Positions 33,554-45,804 of a stretch of DNA of 64,000 nt are shown here, piece after piece. The stretch's first letter is position 1. Each line of letters starts with the position of its first letter. The stretch comes from Cirrosporium novae-zelandiae (lineage: Eukaryota): contig JAPETS010000003.1 in NCBI GenBank assembly GCA_026023565.1, forward strand, positions 310,001 to 374,000. Reading direction: 5' to 3'. The notes beneath the pieces are model-generated. The model was not told the DNA's origin and ran no database searches. It saw nothing but the letters and a program-made list of their open reading frames with translations. A program made the translations under genes and the position numbers.

Positions 33554-36523
33554 GAGTAGGAACTACCTCTTTGGAAGGAGGTGGGGGGAGAGGGGGGGGG
33601 GGGTGGAGGTGAGTTCTTTTAATTGTTTTCTTAGGGCAGGTACAAAGGGCTGGTAGCCACTCGTAATTTGGTAAACCGCGAGGTCAAGCTTTTTTGTTGT
33701 TTGGAAAAAGGATAACAAGGTAATGATTCAATGGGGTTTACTACAAGTACTGTATAGTAGTAAGTAGTAATGGTAGTGGTAGGTGAGAAAGAAGTATGTA
33801 TATGGGTGGTGGGTATATATTATATACAATTGCTGTACAAATATCCAATGCTAGCAAAAAAGAGCCTGGGGCAACCTGGACCATCCTTAAAACAACCAAA
33901 GTGGAAACATAAGAAACAAACCAGTCTTTGACTACTACAGTGTACGAGTTCAAGGCTATTATCGGTGAGCGGAGACGATACCATTGTGACCGTAGAACCT
34001 TGGAGACCAAGGAGAGAGACTTTTTTCCTTTCGGGTCGGATCACTTTTGCCAAAGGCATTTTTTTTTCAAAAACTTTTAGTTAACTAAAGATCATTAAAC
34101 TAGTTGGTTGGAAAAGAAAGTAAAAAACGAAGAAAAGACGAAGACACCCTAGATCAGGTGCCTTTCACAATTGCTAACTATTGTCCACAATTTCCCAGCA
34201 CATGTTCCATCAAGCTTCTATACAGCTATCCAAACTAGGTATAGCGAGGTAAAGTACAATACCAAGAGTACAACCGAATACAAATAATACACACCTCCCT
34301 TTCTGTCTTTCCACCTCTTCGACCACTTCTCTCTCCACCAACCTCCACCTCGAACCCTCAAATGTTGACTAATAAAGTCCATGCTCCCAAGCTTTTTAGC
34401 TTTTTCTCCTGCAGCGGCCACTTGCGCCATCACATTTTGTTTCAATTCCTATATCCCTGTCGACACTGATTTCTATTGATTTTTACTGTGGAAATAATGA
34501 CTTCTCCACTTGGCTTCAACCATGTAGAGCTCAAAGGGTATCTGCATGCGGTTCTTGTCGAATTCTTTCATTGTTCAACTAGTTGGGTTGAAAGCGAAAA
34601 ACAAGAACCAAAGGACTGTAATTTATTATTACTAATGTACTGTATATTACACAGTTCCTTGCCAGCCTTACCTCAAGCGAAGTTTAGAACCAACTGGAGA
34701 CCCTGAAGGGCCTTGGAGGCCAAAAACAGCCAGATCATTCGTGACTCAGCTTCAACGGAGCTCGCCATGGTCCATCATTTTTGAGGAATCCAAGGCTGCC
34801 AAAACATCTTTTGCCGTCGCATCCTAGTTGTCAGAACGTCCACGACTATCCACGACAAATTAACGTGTCACGACCACATGCACATTCAATCCTTAAAACA
34901 CCACAAGTAAATCCCCTGCATTTCTATACCCATCGCATGATGATCGCAACATGACTTCTTTTGGCGACTGGTTATTATCCACTTCGCCTGGCTTTCATCA
35001 ACCAGCCCGTCCGAAACTTTGGCGGCTTTTCCCTGGCACTACTCCAAGGTCTTTCAAGGTTCAGGGGATTTGACTGCGTATCAAAATTATCATTTACCCA
35101 AATTCCTCAAGGACACAGACCCCATGTTCGAATGTTCCATGACTTCCATGGTCATGTTCCATGCACGGCACTTTATATTAGTCGTCTTATGGAATAATGA
35201 ATACTACACCAATTTAGGTGAAAATACCGCCGGCACCTTTGCAGCATCTCGCCCAAGTCTTTCCTATTTTAGCTTTTCATCATATTTCCATTCTATCAAT
35301 GTCTTTCTCCTTCAGTTGTCCTCAGTGTTTTCCCGTTAACCGAGTTTATCCTTGTAATTGCTAATTGGCGGGGTAACTAACTTGGTTTCGCCATTGACAC
35401 TTGATATTAGTATTTGTATCTCTAGTTAAGCGCTCCGCGGAGTAATCGACTTTGGAGTACAGAATATCGACATATAATGGGCTTGTGGCTTTTTGATCCC
35501 GTGGTAGGTCATCGGCACAATGAGAAAGATATTACAAGGGGAAAACTGTTCCATCTGAGATCTGTGGCCAAAGTCGCTTACCCCGCAATTTTCTTGACAG
35601 AAATACTTCTGTCAACCGGTCTTGGCCTTTAGACCCTATGGAACGTGGCAGAAGTGGCAGAAGTGGCTCAACACCACGCCTACAACCCATTGGCTCTTAT
35701 TCTCCTAATTATTGACTTCAACTTCTACATACCGTTTCTTTTCTTACGGATCCAGCTCTATCGCAAATCCACAATTGCAACTTTTTGACCAGCTTTTGCA
35801 TGTCGCAACAGTCAAGGTTTTTCTCTGTGGGAGCTATGAGAGCTTGCCTAATTACCCGTCAACCAGTAATTGGTGTTTTGTCGTGATTTTTTTTAAATTT
35901 TCGTTAATTTTAAGATTCAAGGTGGAGAAATGTACCACAGGAAGCAATGGATCGAGTAACTGGATCCACCAAGTCCGATCAGCCTTAGAGAGCTATTAAA
36001 ATTTTTTAGACCTTTGGTTGAGGAACGACTGCACCAAAATGCGCCATAAATTTTTCAAGGTGGGGATTTCCCTGAATATTTTTTTTTTCTTTTCCGTGAG
36101 ACGAAACTAAGAAAAAATATAGATTTTTTTTACAGCGGGCTGTTATTCTAGTCCCCTTAGCTTAGTACAGTGTGCTGTGTAAAGGTCAGTGACTCAGGGC
36201 TGAATAGGCGAATTCATGTCATATTTGAGTAAAGCTTGTCGGTCGATCATTCATTACCTAAAGCAGGTACAAATAAAGTAGCGGCGTGAGCGGGTACTAC
36301 GTAAGATAAATATGCAACCTTTATTGTTGTTCCAAGTAAGTACCTTGATGGGCTATACCATAGGTTTTATGCTGTTTTCATCTTCTGTCAACTCTTCCTC
36401 CAACAGCTTTTTTTCTCAGTTTGTTCTGACATATCCCGTCGCATTTGCCAGTCCGGCATGATGAAACCTACAAGGATTTTCTTCTTGTCGCGCGGAGCCG
36501 AGCACCTGTTATCTCAACCTCAT

Positions 36524-37732
36524 CTAAAGTCTTGACAGGTTCAACTTCAAGATCCGAACAGCATTACCACCGAGGACCTGGTCTGCTTCTCCGGTCGTCT
36601 CTTGGCATCCGCTTTGGATAGCATCATAATTCGTTCGTACGCTCAACCATTCCCTTTCATCCTCACCAAGCGGTGGAAAGAACGGATGGTCCGTGCCTTA
36701 GAGAGGTCTTTATCAGTATTCCACACCAATAACTAGGAACCGAGATATCCTCCTCTCTATGTATTCTCGAGTAATACATATGAAAGCTGGATATTATGAC
36801 ATACCGAACAGCACTCTATCCGCCCCGCTAGCCTCGATCGCTGCGTGCAATCCTACCTGCCCATATATCACCGCATCCAAATAAATGTTTGTCTTCAGTA
36901 CATTCCAAATACTTCTCCTTATTTTCCCGTTCTCCTTCTCCTTCAGAAAGTGCCTCTCATGAGCAATGCAGCTCTCAATTCTGCCTGCTAAAAAAGGCAA
37001 CGTGCCTCCACTATGCGCAAGCAGCACATTCAACTTCGAGAATCGCTCCCATACCCCACTCAAATACATTCTGGTGACAGCTATGGTTGTTTCGAGAGGA
37101 AAGCCTAGAGCCAGAGGAAGAACATGACCATAATTATTGGCTCTGGGGCCAAACACCTCTTTAGGCAGACCATAATGTGGATGCAAAAATATCAACTGCC
37201 CATTCTTCTCGATTGCCTCATAAATAGGATCAAGTTTCGGATCATCAAGACCATCTCCTAATCCCGTCGTCCCCATGACGATTCCCCGCATATGGTTCAA
37301 CGTGCTCAGTCTCCCAGCCTCTGCAACTATCTCCTCGGTTGACCCACTTAGAGGTAACACCCCGAAAGCCCACAACCGTCCTTCATATCTCGTACAGATT
37401 TCCTCCATCTCATCGTTCATCGATCTCGCCGTCTCAGCCGCCTGCTCTGGTTCTAAAAAGTCCAGCCATGGATTCGCAAGACTTATTACACTGGCTTCGA
37501 TTCCATGCTGGTCCATAAATTTTATCTTCTCGGTTACATCATAATATTCAGAGCTAATTGGACGACCACGCGAGGTCGATGGCATGGAAGGACCATCTTC
37601 CCCAGGCAGAATTATTAGACGCGAGATGGGAGAATCGGGAAATGTACGGACATAGGGGACCTTGGTGCGCCGGCGGAGGAGAGACATGTAAGAGGGAGGG
37701 TACATATGCGTGTGGATGTCTACGATCGGCAT
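36524..37732 (-). CDS. Uracil-5-carboxylate (iso-orotate) decarboxylase, amidohydrolase-2 family
   Basis: VDIHTHMYPP, SVISLANPW, FLHPHYGLP, YGHVLPLALGFP.ETTIAV, LAHSGGTLPFLAGRIESCI, spliced FG|TDHPFFPP; matches fungal IDCase motifs as I recall them. Confidence 0.9.
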
Positions 37733-39182
37733 GATGAAAGACTGAGTGGAGATGTTTGATGAGTTATTGGGCCTCCAAGTAGTGACAATGGCTTGAAGCT
37801 GTCTAATGAGGTTGATCAGGCTATCGTGGCTGAGTTGAGATATTGTGCTTTGGTCTCAATGCCCCTCATTTGTGGCAGACTCGCAGAGCCTCAATCTCTT
37901 GGTTGTTAATGACTCAAGTTCCACGACAAGTGGGGCGCGATGATTGATAAGATACAATGTGTATGAATTATGCCTTGAACGGGATGGAACTTCCAAAGGT
38001 GGCTTAGTGAAATTCTCCTGCACTTTCCAATTTAGACCAGAATCCTATCAAGTAACTTGTAGTTGGAACTAAAATCGAAGAATAAACCCAGCACGCAATA
38101 CGAGGTTGTGGTCAGTCAATTATTCTCGGCGCCTGCCAAGGTGAATGCTGACTGAATCAATCTATCCAAAGGATCTATAGAAATTAGAAGATTGAAGGGA
38201 ATGGCTTCCTAATCCGGCCCTAGGCGCCTCCCGCCTTGTAACCTTAAATATTCATCCTTATCGGACTTTTAGACCAACACCCGGCCAACTGAAAGTTGAA
38301 CAACTTCTCGGGTCATCCCTTAGATTTACACATCAAGAGCGGGGAAATGAGATGGGGAGAATCAACTGTCGGGTTTGCATCCGACGATTATTATTATTTT
38401 TTCAACGGTCGGTTCCTAATATCTTTCCTCTGATATAGATGATGTATGCAGCAGCTGCACTACTGTATATGCGGGTTATTTCCAGGAAATGGTTATGGTT
38501 AAATCAACCGTCGTATTCGAAGTCTGGGGATTTAATGAATGATAAGATAATATACGGCTATCTCGTCTCTTATTAATATCGAGTCTTCGTCTGTCCGTTG
38601 CTACGACTATATTTTTATTCATTCCCTATTCTACTATGTTGAAACACAAAACACCAAGGATTTACTTCTCGACAATAAAGTTGATGACTACGCTTAACGT
38701 ATTGTATGATTAATGGCTTTAGTTTACCGTCGACATCTCTTTAGAAGTTAATGCTATAAAATGACATTTTCTTAACTTTGCACTGGGCTTATGTGAGAGT
38801 TGATAAAATTCATGTTTATACGACATGCGCGAAATCTATAATTACAATCTGGGTAGGCTACCTGTGAACTAACTACTGAAAACGAAAGGCTTTGAAGTCC
38901 TTTTGTGTGGCTCAATGGTTATCGGGAAAGAGAAGTCTGTCTAAAATCGCCTGATAACTTATTTTCAGCTCTTATCTTCGTATCGATAAGTCTCATACTA
39001 GACCGCTGTCGACTCTCCATCTTCTTTGCTTTTGCCTCCCTGCGCGATTTTCTCTGTGTTCCTTCATTGCGATATGTGAAATTTATATTGAATCTGATCA
39101 TCCTTTTATGTATTGAATCAGACTTATCACGATGCCTTGTGAGAGACAGATTTGTGTTGATCGATATTTGATTAGTTCTAAG

Positions 39183-39610
39183 ATGGATCCTCTTAAGTAT
39201 CGCCATCAATATCATCGGTCTAACTGTGTCCCAACAACGCTATTAAGGCCATGCAAATGAACTTCACAACAGAAAAGTTTGGATTGATCAATAGTACAGA
39301 GGCATTGAAGGAGTTAACTTCGGAAATTACAGCGCGAATACCAAGAGTATTTTTTTATTATATGGTGGCCTCGAGCTTCTAAAGGATTTAGCAAGACTGA
39401 AATTGAACGTATAATATTAGTCATACTTGCTTGACGGACACGAAGAGACAAGAATTAGTAACATTGGATGAAAAAGCTTTAAATTGCATACCCCAAAAGT
39501 ATCAGGTCTGGAGTGGACGCTTGCATTGTGGAAACACGGAAATGAGATGGCTTTCATCAAATTAAAGACATGCATGGACAACTAGCTTCAAGAATGTGTC
39601 AATTAGATAA
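39183..39610 (+). pseudogene. Possible degraded HeLo-like/SesA-type N-terminal domain gene
   Basis: atggatcctctt(a)agtatcgccatcaatatcatcggtcta reads MDPLSIAINIIGL after removing one base; followed by stops and frameshifts in AT-rich DNA. Confidence 0.3.
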
Positions 39611-39903
39611 TTAGGAATATAGACAAATCAAAAAGTAAATAAACAAGCAGTAAAATAAAACTAAACCAAGTTGTTTATTCGGCCAAAATAGGTCGTCGGA
39701 TCAAGTAAACGGATCCTTTATGTAGGTTATCCGAACTGTATACACGACATAGATAGTAAACCACAACGTAAAAAGCCTCCTCTCTATATCATAATATCAT
39801 AATAAATAATATCATATCAAAATAAAAAATAAGAATAAGAAGTCGTATTAATAAAAATAGTCAAAAGCACAACGCTGTCATCCGAGCCCTACTCTAGAGT
39901 CAA

Positions 39904-39949
39904 GCTTATCGTTATCTTCCCCTCCTCCGTTATCAGACAAAGCGATAAC
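39904..39949. promoter_or_regulatory. Cluster of four GATA(A) sites upstream of the thymine hydroxylase
   Basis: cttatc, gttatct, gttatca, cgataac within ~46 bp. Confidence 0.5.
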
Positions 39950-40183
39950 CATGGCGCAACTAACCTGCCCCTAGAGCATGCATGCATCAAGACATCAACA
40001 AGGGTTTTTGATATCCTACAAGATTACACAAAAGACCCTCGAGCATGGATTAGAAAAAAAATATAAAATAGAAGACTTGTGTCTGACAGAGCGAGTGTTT
40101 CAACTCTTCGTGAGATTGAAGCTGTTCCCCCCCACTCCACTCCATTCCATTTCATAGTATTTTCTTCTACTCGACTATTTAGT

Positions 40184-41733
40184 ATGACTTCCATCCTTAA
40201 ATCTCCTCTCCTAACCTCCCTCCCTTCGAGAACCTCGTTGAGGGCGTTGCTAAATGTCACCTCGAGGTTACGATTGTTGACATGCCGTGCCGCAGCTACA
40301 GCTACGACTACAGCAGCCAAGACTGCCCTACCTCTATATTCGTCATCGTTAATACCAATATCGTGCGGAAAGACATTGTCTTCTTGGAATAACAGAAGGA
40401 AGATGGCACCAATGGCAACGGAGCAGACTAATGGCCTTGCCACAGCGGTCGAGAAAGATGATCTGGTGATTCCGGTATGTAGGCATCTCATAGCATATGG
40501 CTATATTCTATTCTACCCTATTCAATGTAGCACGGGGAGTAAAATAAAATCCCTCTAGAAAACACAAAATCAACAAGCTTGAATCTTGAGAAATAACACC
40601 CATTTTCTCTCCCTTATCTAACAAAAGAACAACAGCTCATCGACTTCTCCCGCTACCTACATGGCACACCATCTGAAAAGGCGGCCATCGGCAACGCCAT
40701 GGCCCATGGATTCAAAACTGCGGGTTTTATCTACTTGCAAAACCACGGGATCCCATCCGACACGGTCGAAAACGTCTTCGCGCAGTCTGCCCAGTTCTTC
40801 GCTCGTCCCCAGGAACAGAAGGATAAGTTGAGTTGGACGACCCCGCAGAGTAACAGGGGATATGTAGTTATGGGACGGGAGAAGGTATCACGTTTAACGA
40901 CGAAAGAAGATGTAGAAAAAATGAGGGGGTCGAATCCAGGTAAGGGCTATATATTATTTCCGTTCCCCTTCTTCTCCTCTTCAAAACATAACCCAAACCA
41001 CCCCACCACCCCACTAACCCCATCCCCAGACCTAAAAGAATCCTTCGAGATCGGACGCGAAGACACCCCAGGCTTCAAAAACAACTGGCCCACCTCCCCC
41101 GACCCCGCCGACACCACCTTCACTCAAACCATGCAATCCTTCTTCCTCACCGCAAAGGCCCTGCACATAAACGTAATGCGCGCCATCGCCCTAGGAATGA
41201 ACCTGCCTGAAACTTATTTCGACGCCTACACCTCCGCCGGCGATAACAACCTACGCCTGCTACACTATCCCCCGGTGAAGAAAAGCGTCTTCGAGCAGAA
41301 CAAGGGCCAGGTGCGCGCTGGAGATCATACCGATTACGGATCTGTGACGCTGCTATTTCAGGACATGAGGGGCGGGCTGCAGGTTTTGTCTCCGCAGGGT
41401 ACGTGGGTGAATGCAACGCCGATTCCTGGGACCATTGTGATTAATGCGGGGGATCTTCTCGCGCGCTGGTCTAACGATATTATTAAATCTACAAATCATC
41501 GTGTGATTGAGCCGCCGCTGCCACCATCAGCGGGGGCGGGGGGTGAGGAAGGCTTGCAGCAGCAGGAGGGGGACCAGGTCTATCCGGCTCGATACTCGGT
41601 GGCGTATTTCTGCAACCCGAATTTCGAAAGCGATATCGAGGCGTTGCCGGGGACGTGGGAGAAGAGCGGGAAGAAATATGAAAAGATTAATAGCTATGAT
41701 TATTTGGTTCAGAGGTTGAGTGCCACATACTGA
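40184..41733 (+). CDS. Thymine dioxygenase / thymine-7-hydroxylase (Fe/2OG); core starts at ATG 40403, optional in-frame ATG at 40184
   Basis: DDLVIP|LIDFS, HGFKTAGFIYL, WTTPQSNRGY...GREKV, PDLKESFEIGRED, GQVRAGDHTDYGSVTLLFQD, KSTNHRV, RYSVAYFCNPN, YLVQRLSATY parallel Neurospora T7H; introns ~40475-40636 and 40940-41029. Confidence 0.92.
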
Positions 41734-41942
41734 AGAAGAATTCGAGTAACTACACAAGTGAACGACTAAATGAAAAGAAAACGGATTAAAGTTTGTATTT
41801 TTTCATAAAATAATAAAATGTTAAAAACGTCCATCCTTTAGCAATATTCTCTTATGTCGGGTCAATGACCTCCGCCTCTCTGTAACTATGTCATCGCAAA
41901 ATTCGTCCTTGCAAAAGACAAAAAAAAGCTTTCAGCACAGAG

Positions 41943-43575
41943 TCATTCCAAATCCACACCCCCACCCCTATCCACAACCCCCCTCAAAACATCCCACCCC
42001 AAAAGCCTCCAAACCTCCCTCACATACCATTCCCTCATCCGCTCCTCGCTCCTACACTCACGCGCCCCCATATCGACGTCCACATCCACATCTACACGCC
42101 CCCCACGACCTACAGGCGGAACATACGGACACGGCACCTCCGGGACATGTAACGCGAAGCGAAAGTTTTCATCTTCGTGGTTGTTATTGTCACCAAATAC
42201 GGCTCTAAGGAGCGTGTTTTGGAGAAGTGGGGAGGGGATGTTTAGGGTGGAGGTGAGGGTTCGGGCACGTGCGAGGATCCAAATTAGATAGCGGCGTTCT
42301 GATGAGAGGGGGTTGATTGGGTGGAGGTGTGGTTGTTGGAATATTTTTGGGTTTATGCTTGTGTTTATGCTTGCCGTGGATTGGGTAAGTGTAGTGTTGA
42401 TGTCGGTGTGTTCGTCAAAGACGAATTCGTTTAGGATTTTTCCTACTTGGGTTAGAAATATGTGGAGCATGCCGTCCAGGATCTGCCGGGGCGGGTTGTG
42501 GTTGTTGTGTTTGGATGTGATGTTTAACATTGTTATTAGAAGCCATGATATTTCTTGTGCGAGATGGTCCCTCCTGTCCTCTGCGGCTTTCAGACGAAGG
42601 TTAGCAATGCGTCGGCGTTTGGATGGCGGGCCTTCGACAGCCCCGACGGACGGGGCAGAGCATGCTGCTGCTTCCGCTGTGCTCCTGCAAACTACTCCGA
42701 GACATTGAAGTGTTTTGAAGAAAAGCTCGATGAAGATATATATGATTCGGGTTCCCCAGTTTTGGTTGTCTCTGGATGTGAGTGGCTTTAGAGAGCTCAT
42801 CATGATTGAGAAGAGTAACGCGATGAGACGGATAGAGATGGTGAGGTGGATTCTGTCTTTGACTGAAGCTGAGGTGGTGGAACGGGTTTGTATCCGGATA
42901 GGTGGAGGTGTGAGTTGGGTCTTTGGGATGGCTTCGATTTGCGATTCTAGAAGCTTGCCAAGTTCGATTAATGTGTCTGTCAATTCAGCGACATTGAAAT
43001 TTTTTCTTGTTATTGACAGTTCATGTAGTTGATAGAGATGGTGGGTGAGAGCAGAGGCTGGTAGCTATAATGAGCAGGGCACGGTGTGGGGACTATTTTA
43101 TCTAACGTACCTTCGGGTAAGGCCTCAAATTCTTCAATGGTCATGGTCCCGGGATCATCTCTAGGTTTGAGGGTATCGAGTAGTTGAAGTAAGGATGGGT
43201 GCAACGAGGAATCCCTTTGTGAACGATTGGACTCCAGTTCTGTCTTCAGCTGGTTATTCTCGTGCTCAAGCCTGGCAATTTGTTTTGAGAGCTCCGAGTT
43301 GGCTTCCTTCCAATAGGCAAGTGTATACCGACTGCGAAGGGATATGATGTAGTCTGAGAGACAATGTTAGCCAAAAGCTGACGTTGTAGTTTGAGCGATG
43401 CAAACCGCGAATTGAGATATTGTCGGGCTTCGACTTTACCAGGTGACGTGCAATGGCTAGCCTTTCTAGACGTGAAAAATCATTGCTGGTCTGCAAAACC
43501 TCACCTCTCATTCTGAGCAAGACCTACTGATTTGCCTCGATTCGCTCCTGTGTTTTATGGAGTAATTCTAGCATC
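41943..43575 (-). CDS. Hypothetical multi-exon protein with N-terminal coiled coil (5' end uncertain)
   Basis: 346-aa ORF ending EWYVREVWRLLGWDVL, plus upstream segments (LAIARHLVKSKPDNISIR|DYIISLR..AYWKE..QIARLEHENNQLKTELE) joined by plausible introns. Confidence 0.55.
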
Positions 43576-43875
43576 TCCTTGTAGTTTTTTATCTCCTCTT
43601 CGTATCTTTATTGAGCTCCTTGTTGGAATCTGGATTCATCTGCTTTTATCATATAATCGAGGATTATGATTATTAGCCCCCAATCCCATACCGCCATCCT
43701 AACTACTAGGATTTGGGGAATTGTAGAAGGCACGAATATTTCTAGTCAAAGTCTTTGTAGCTATTAGATATACCCCGCGAGGGGGGCCTGTGCTTTAAAC
43801 AAACCATACAAAATACTTAGAGTCCTAGAAGCTAGGCCCTTTCATGTTTATAAGTGATATCCTTCCCGACAATAT

Positions 43876-45188
43876 TTACCCTTGCGCAAATATAATGGGG
43901 CAATTTGGAAAGCTATGTTGGTCAGGATCCCGAGAATCCCCCATAAAAAACTCCAGGAGTCCATGAGAGAGCCTCATGCATTGGTGAAAAATATCTTTAA
44001 ATGCACTTATTTTGGGCTCCTCCATTCCCCGGTTATATGGATCGGGTATTATCTCCGACTCTCCAACGTTTCCGGTAAAGCTCTCAAATAGCATTATCTG
44101 GGTTTTACTCTCAAACGGAAGGCCTCTTTTCATTGTTTGAAGATGAAACGCATTTTCCGCATCCATGGCCAACATGTAATCAAACTTCTTGAAATCATCC
44201 GAGTTGACTTTACGTGATGTATGGCCTTCATTGGCAGTAATACCATAACAGGATAATGTAAGTAGGGTGTTTGGGTCGATTTTCTCTCCGGGGAATGGGA
44301 CGTTCCACACTAAACCAGTACCTGCAGAATCAATGTCACCGATTACACAATAGGATTTGCTTAAATGGCGAAAAACATGTTCAGCCATAGGTGACCGGCC
44401 TAAAAATAATCAGCCAGTTTCCTGGGAATATGAGGAGTCCGCTTACAGATGTTGTCAAAACAGACAAATAGAACAGACACGGTTAGTCGTTGAGGCATTG
44501 CAGATGCGCTCAAACCATCGCCCATCAATTGCTTCAGATATGCTTTGATGCTCTCTTTGTGTGGCTCTAAGTCTTTCTTGGAAATCCCTTCATTGGCTAA
44601 CTCGGCCTCCAGTTCATGCCAGCTAAGCCCGTCATCGTTTTCATAAACTGAGATAATAGATTTCTTTCTGTTTCCTGCTTGAACCTCTTCGACCAAGTTA
44701 TCCAATACTGCTTCGATCTGAGCGAGAGAACTTGTGCCCAACGTATCCATGAATAAATCGATCGATGAGACGTAGAAGTTCAGTTTTGTTCGTCTTATGT
44801 CTATTTCCTTGGCTACAAACCTGGTTCTAACCCAGGTCTTCTTCTCCTCGCAGCCCAAGCTTTGATATCTAGTGACTAGGTCATCTAATTGGTGTAGGAG
44901 AATCAAAACACTATCTATTATGTTGCATAACGTGTCCTTCATTTGACCTCCTCTGCGGTTAAGAGGGGATTGTTTATTCTCGGCGTCATCCTCGAGATTC
45001 TTCAGCACAATATACAAGGTGCTATCCAGGTTTAGTCAGTTAGTTGGATAAACAATTGATGCGGACATGTACCTGAGATCCTTAGATATCTCTTTGAATT
45101 GGCCTGGTGCAGCCTTGCATGATCGATAGACGGTCCATGCAAGCTCTCCAACGGCTATGAAATCTCCACTGGAAAAGCCGGATGCCAT
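43876..45188 (-). CDS. Fusion: HeLo-like/SesA-type fungal N-terminal domain + low-molecular-weight protein tyrosine phosphatase
   Basis: Exons 45188-45073, 45021-44447, 44399-43876; MASGFSSGDFIAVGELAWTVYRSCKAAPGQFKEIS...; then SVLFVCFDNIC|RSPMAE (CX5R), IDSAGT, FDYMLAMDAEN, IPDPY. Confidence 0.82.
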
Positions 45189-45804
45189 TCTTGGTATAGA
45201 TACAGAATGTCTATCTCAAGCACAAGGGAATATATCGTTGCGTCGTCCGATCCGAGGACTCTAATGATTCTTATATGAACAGATTACTACTAAGTAATGG
45301 ATCCGCAGAACCACTGTAGCCACCTTGACATAGTCCTAACTGCCGTTCGGTCAATGTCGAGTTGGAAAGAGTCCCTGACCACCTAGGCCATCCGTTCTTA
45401 CCCCATGTTTCCCCACACACTCTACGCTCGCAGGTTAGTCACCCCTCTAAAGGGGACCTCTCCAGAAGCACTCACCGTCTTAGACATCTTAGCCAGCGTA
45501 GCCTAGATTAATCACAAAGCTAAGGATCAATAAACCGTAAGATCAACTTGAAATGATTTGACTTGCTAATCAATGGCTTCGTTGTAGCCAAGCATTGTTG
45601 ACATCGGCATAATTGGAGCCGACGCCGATACACTTTGTGAGTACTTCCGTTCCGTTTAACAATTTATGAGGCCAGAGGTCATTTTATTTAATAATGTTTG
45701 AACTTCAAATGATGGAGTAGTCTAATTGTTGGCATATAATGGTGAGCTATCTCAATCATCCCGTAACTACAAATCTAATCGTATTCAAAATGTAGGTTAC
45801 ATTT

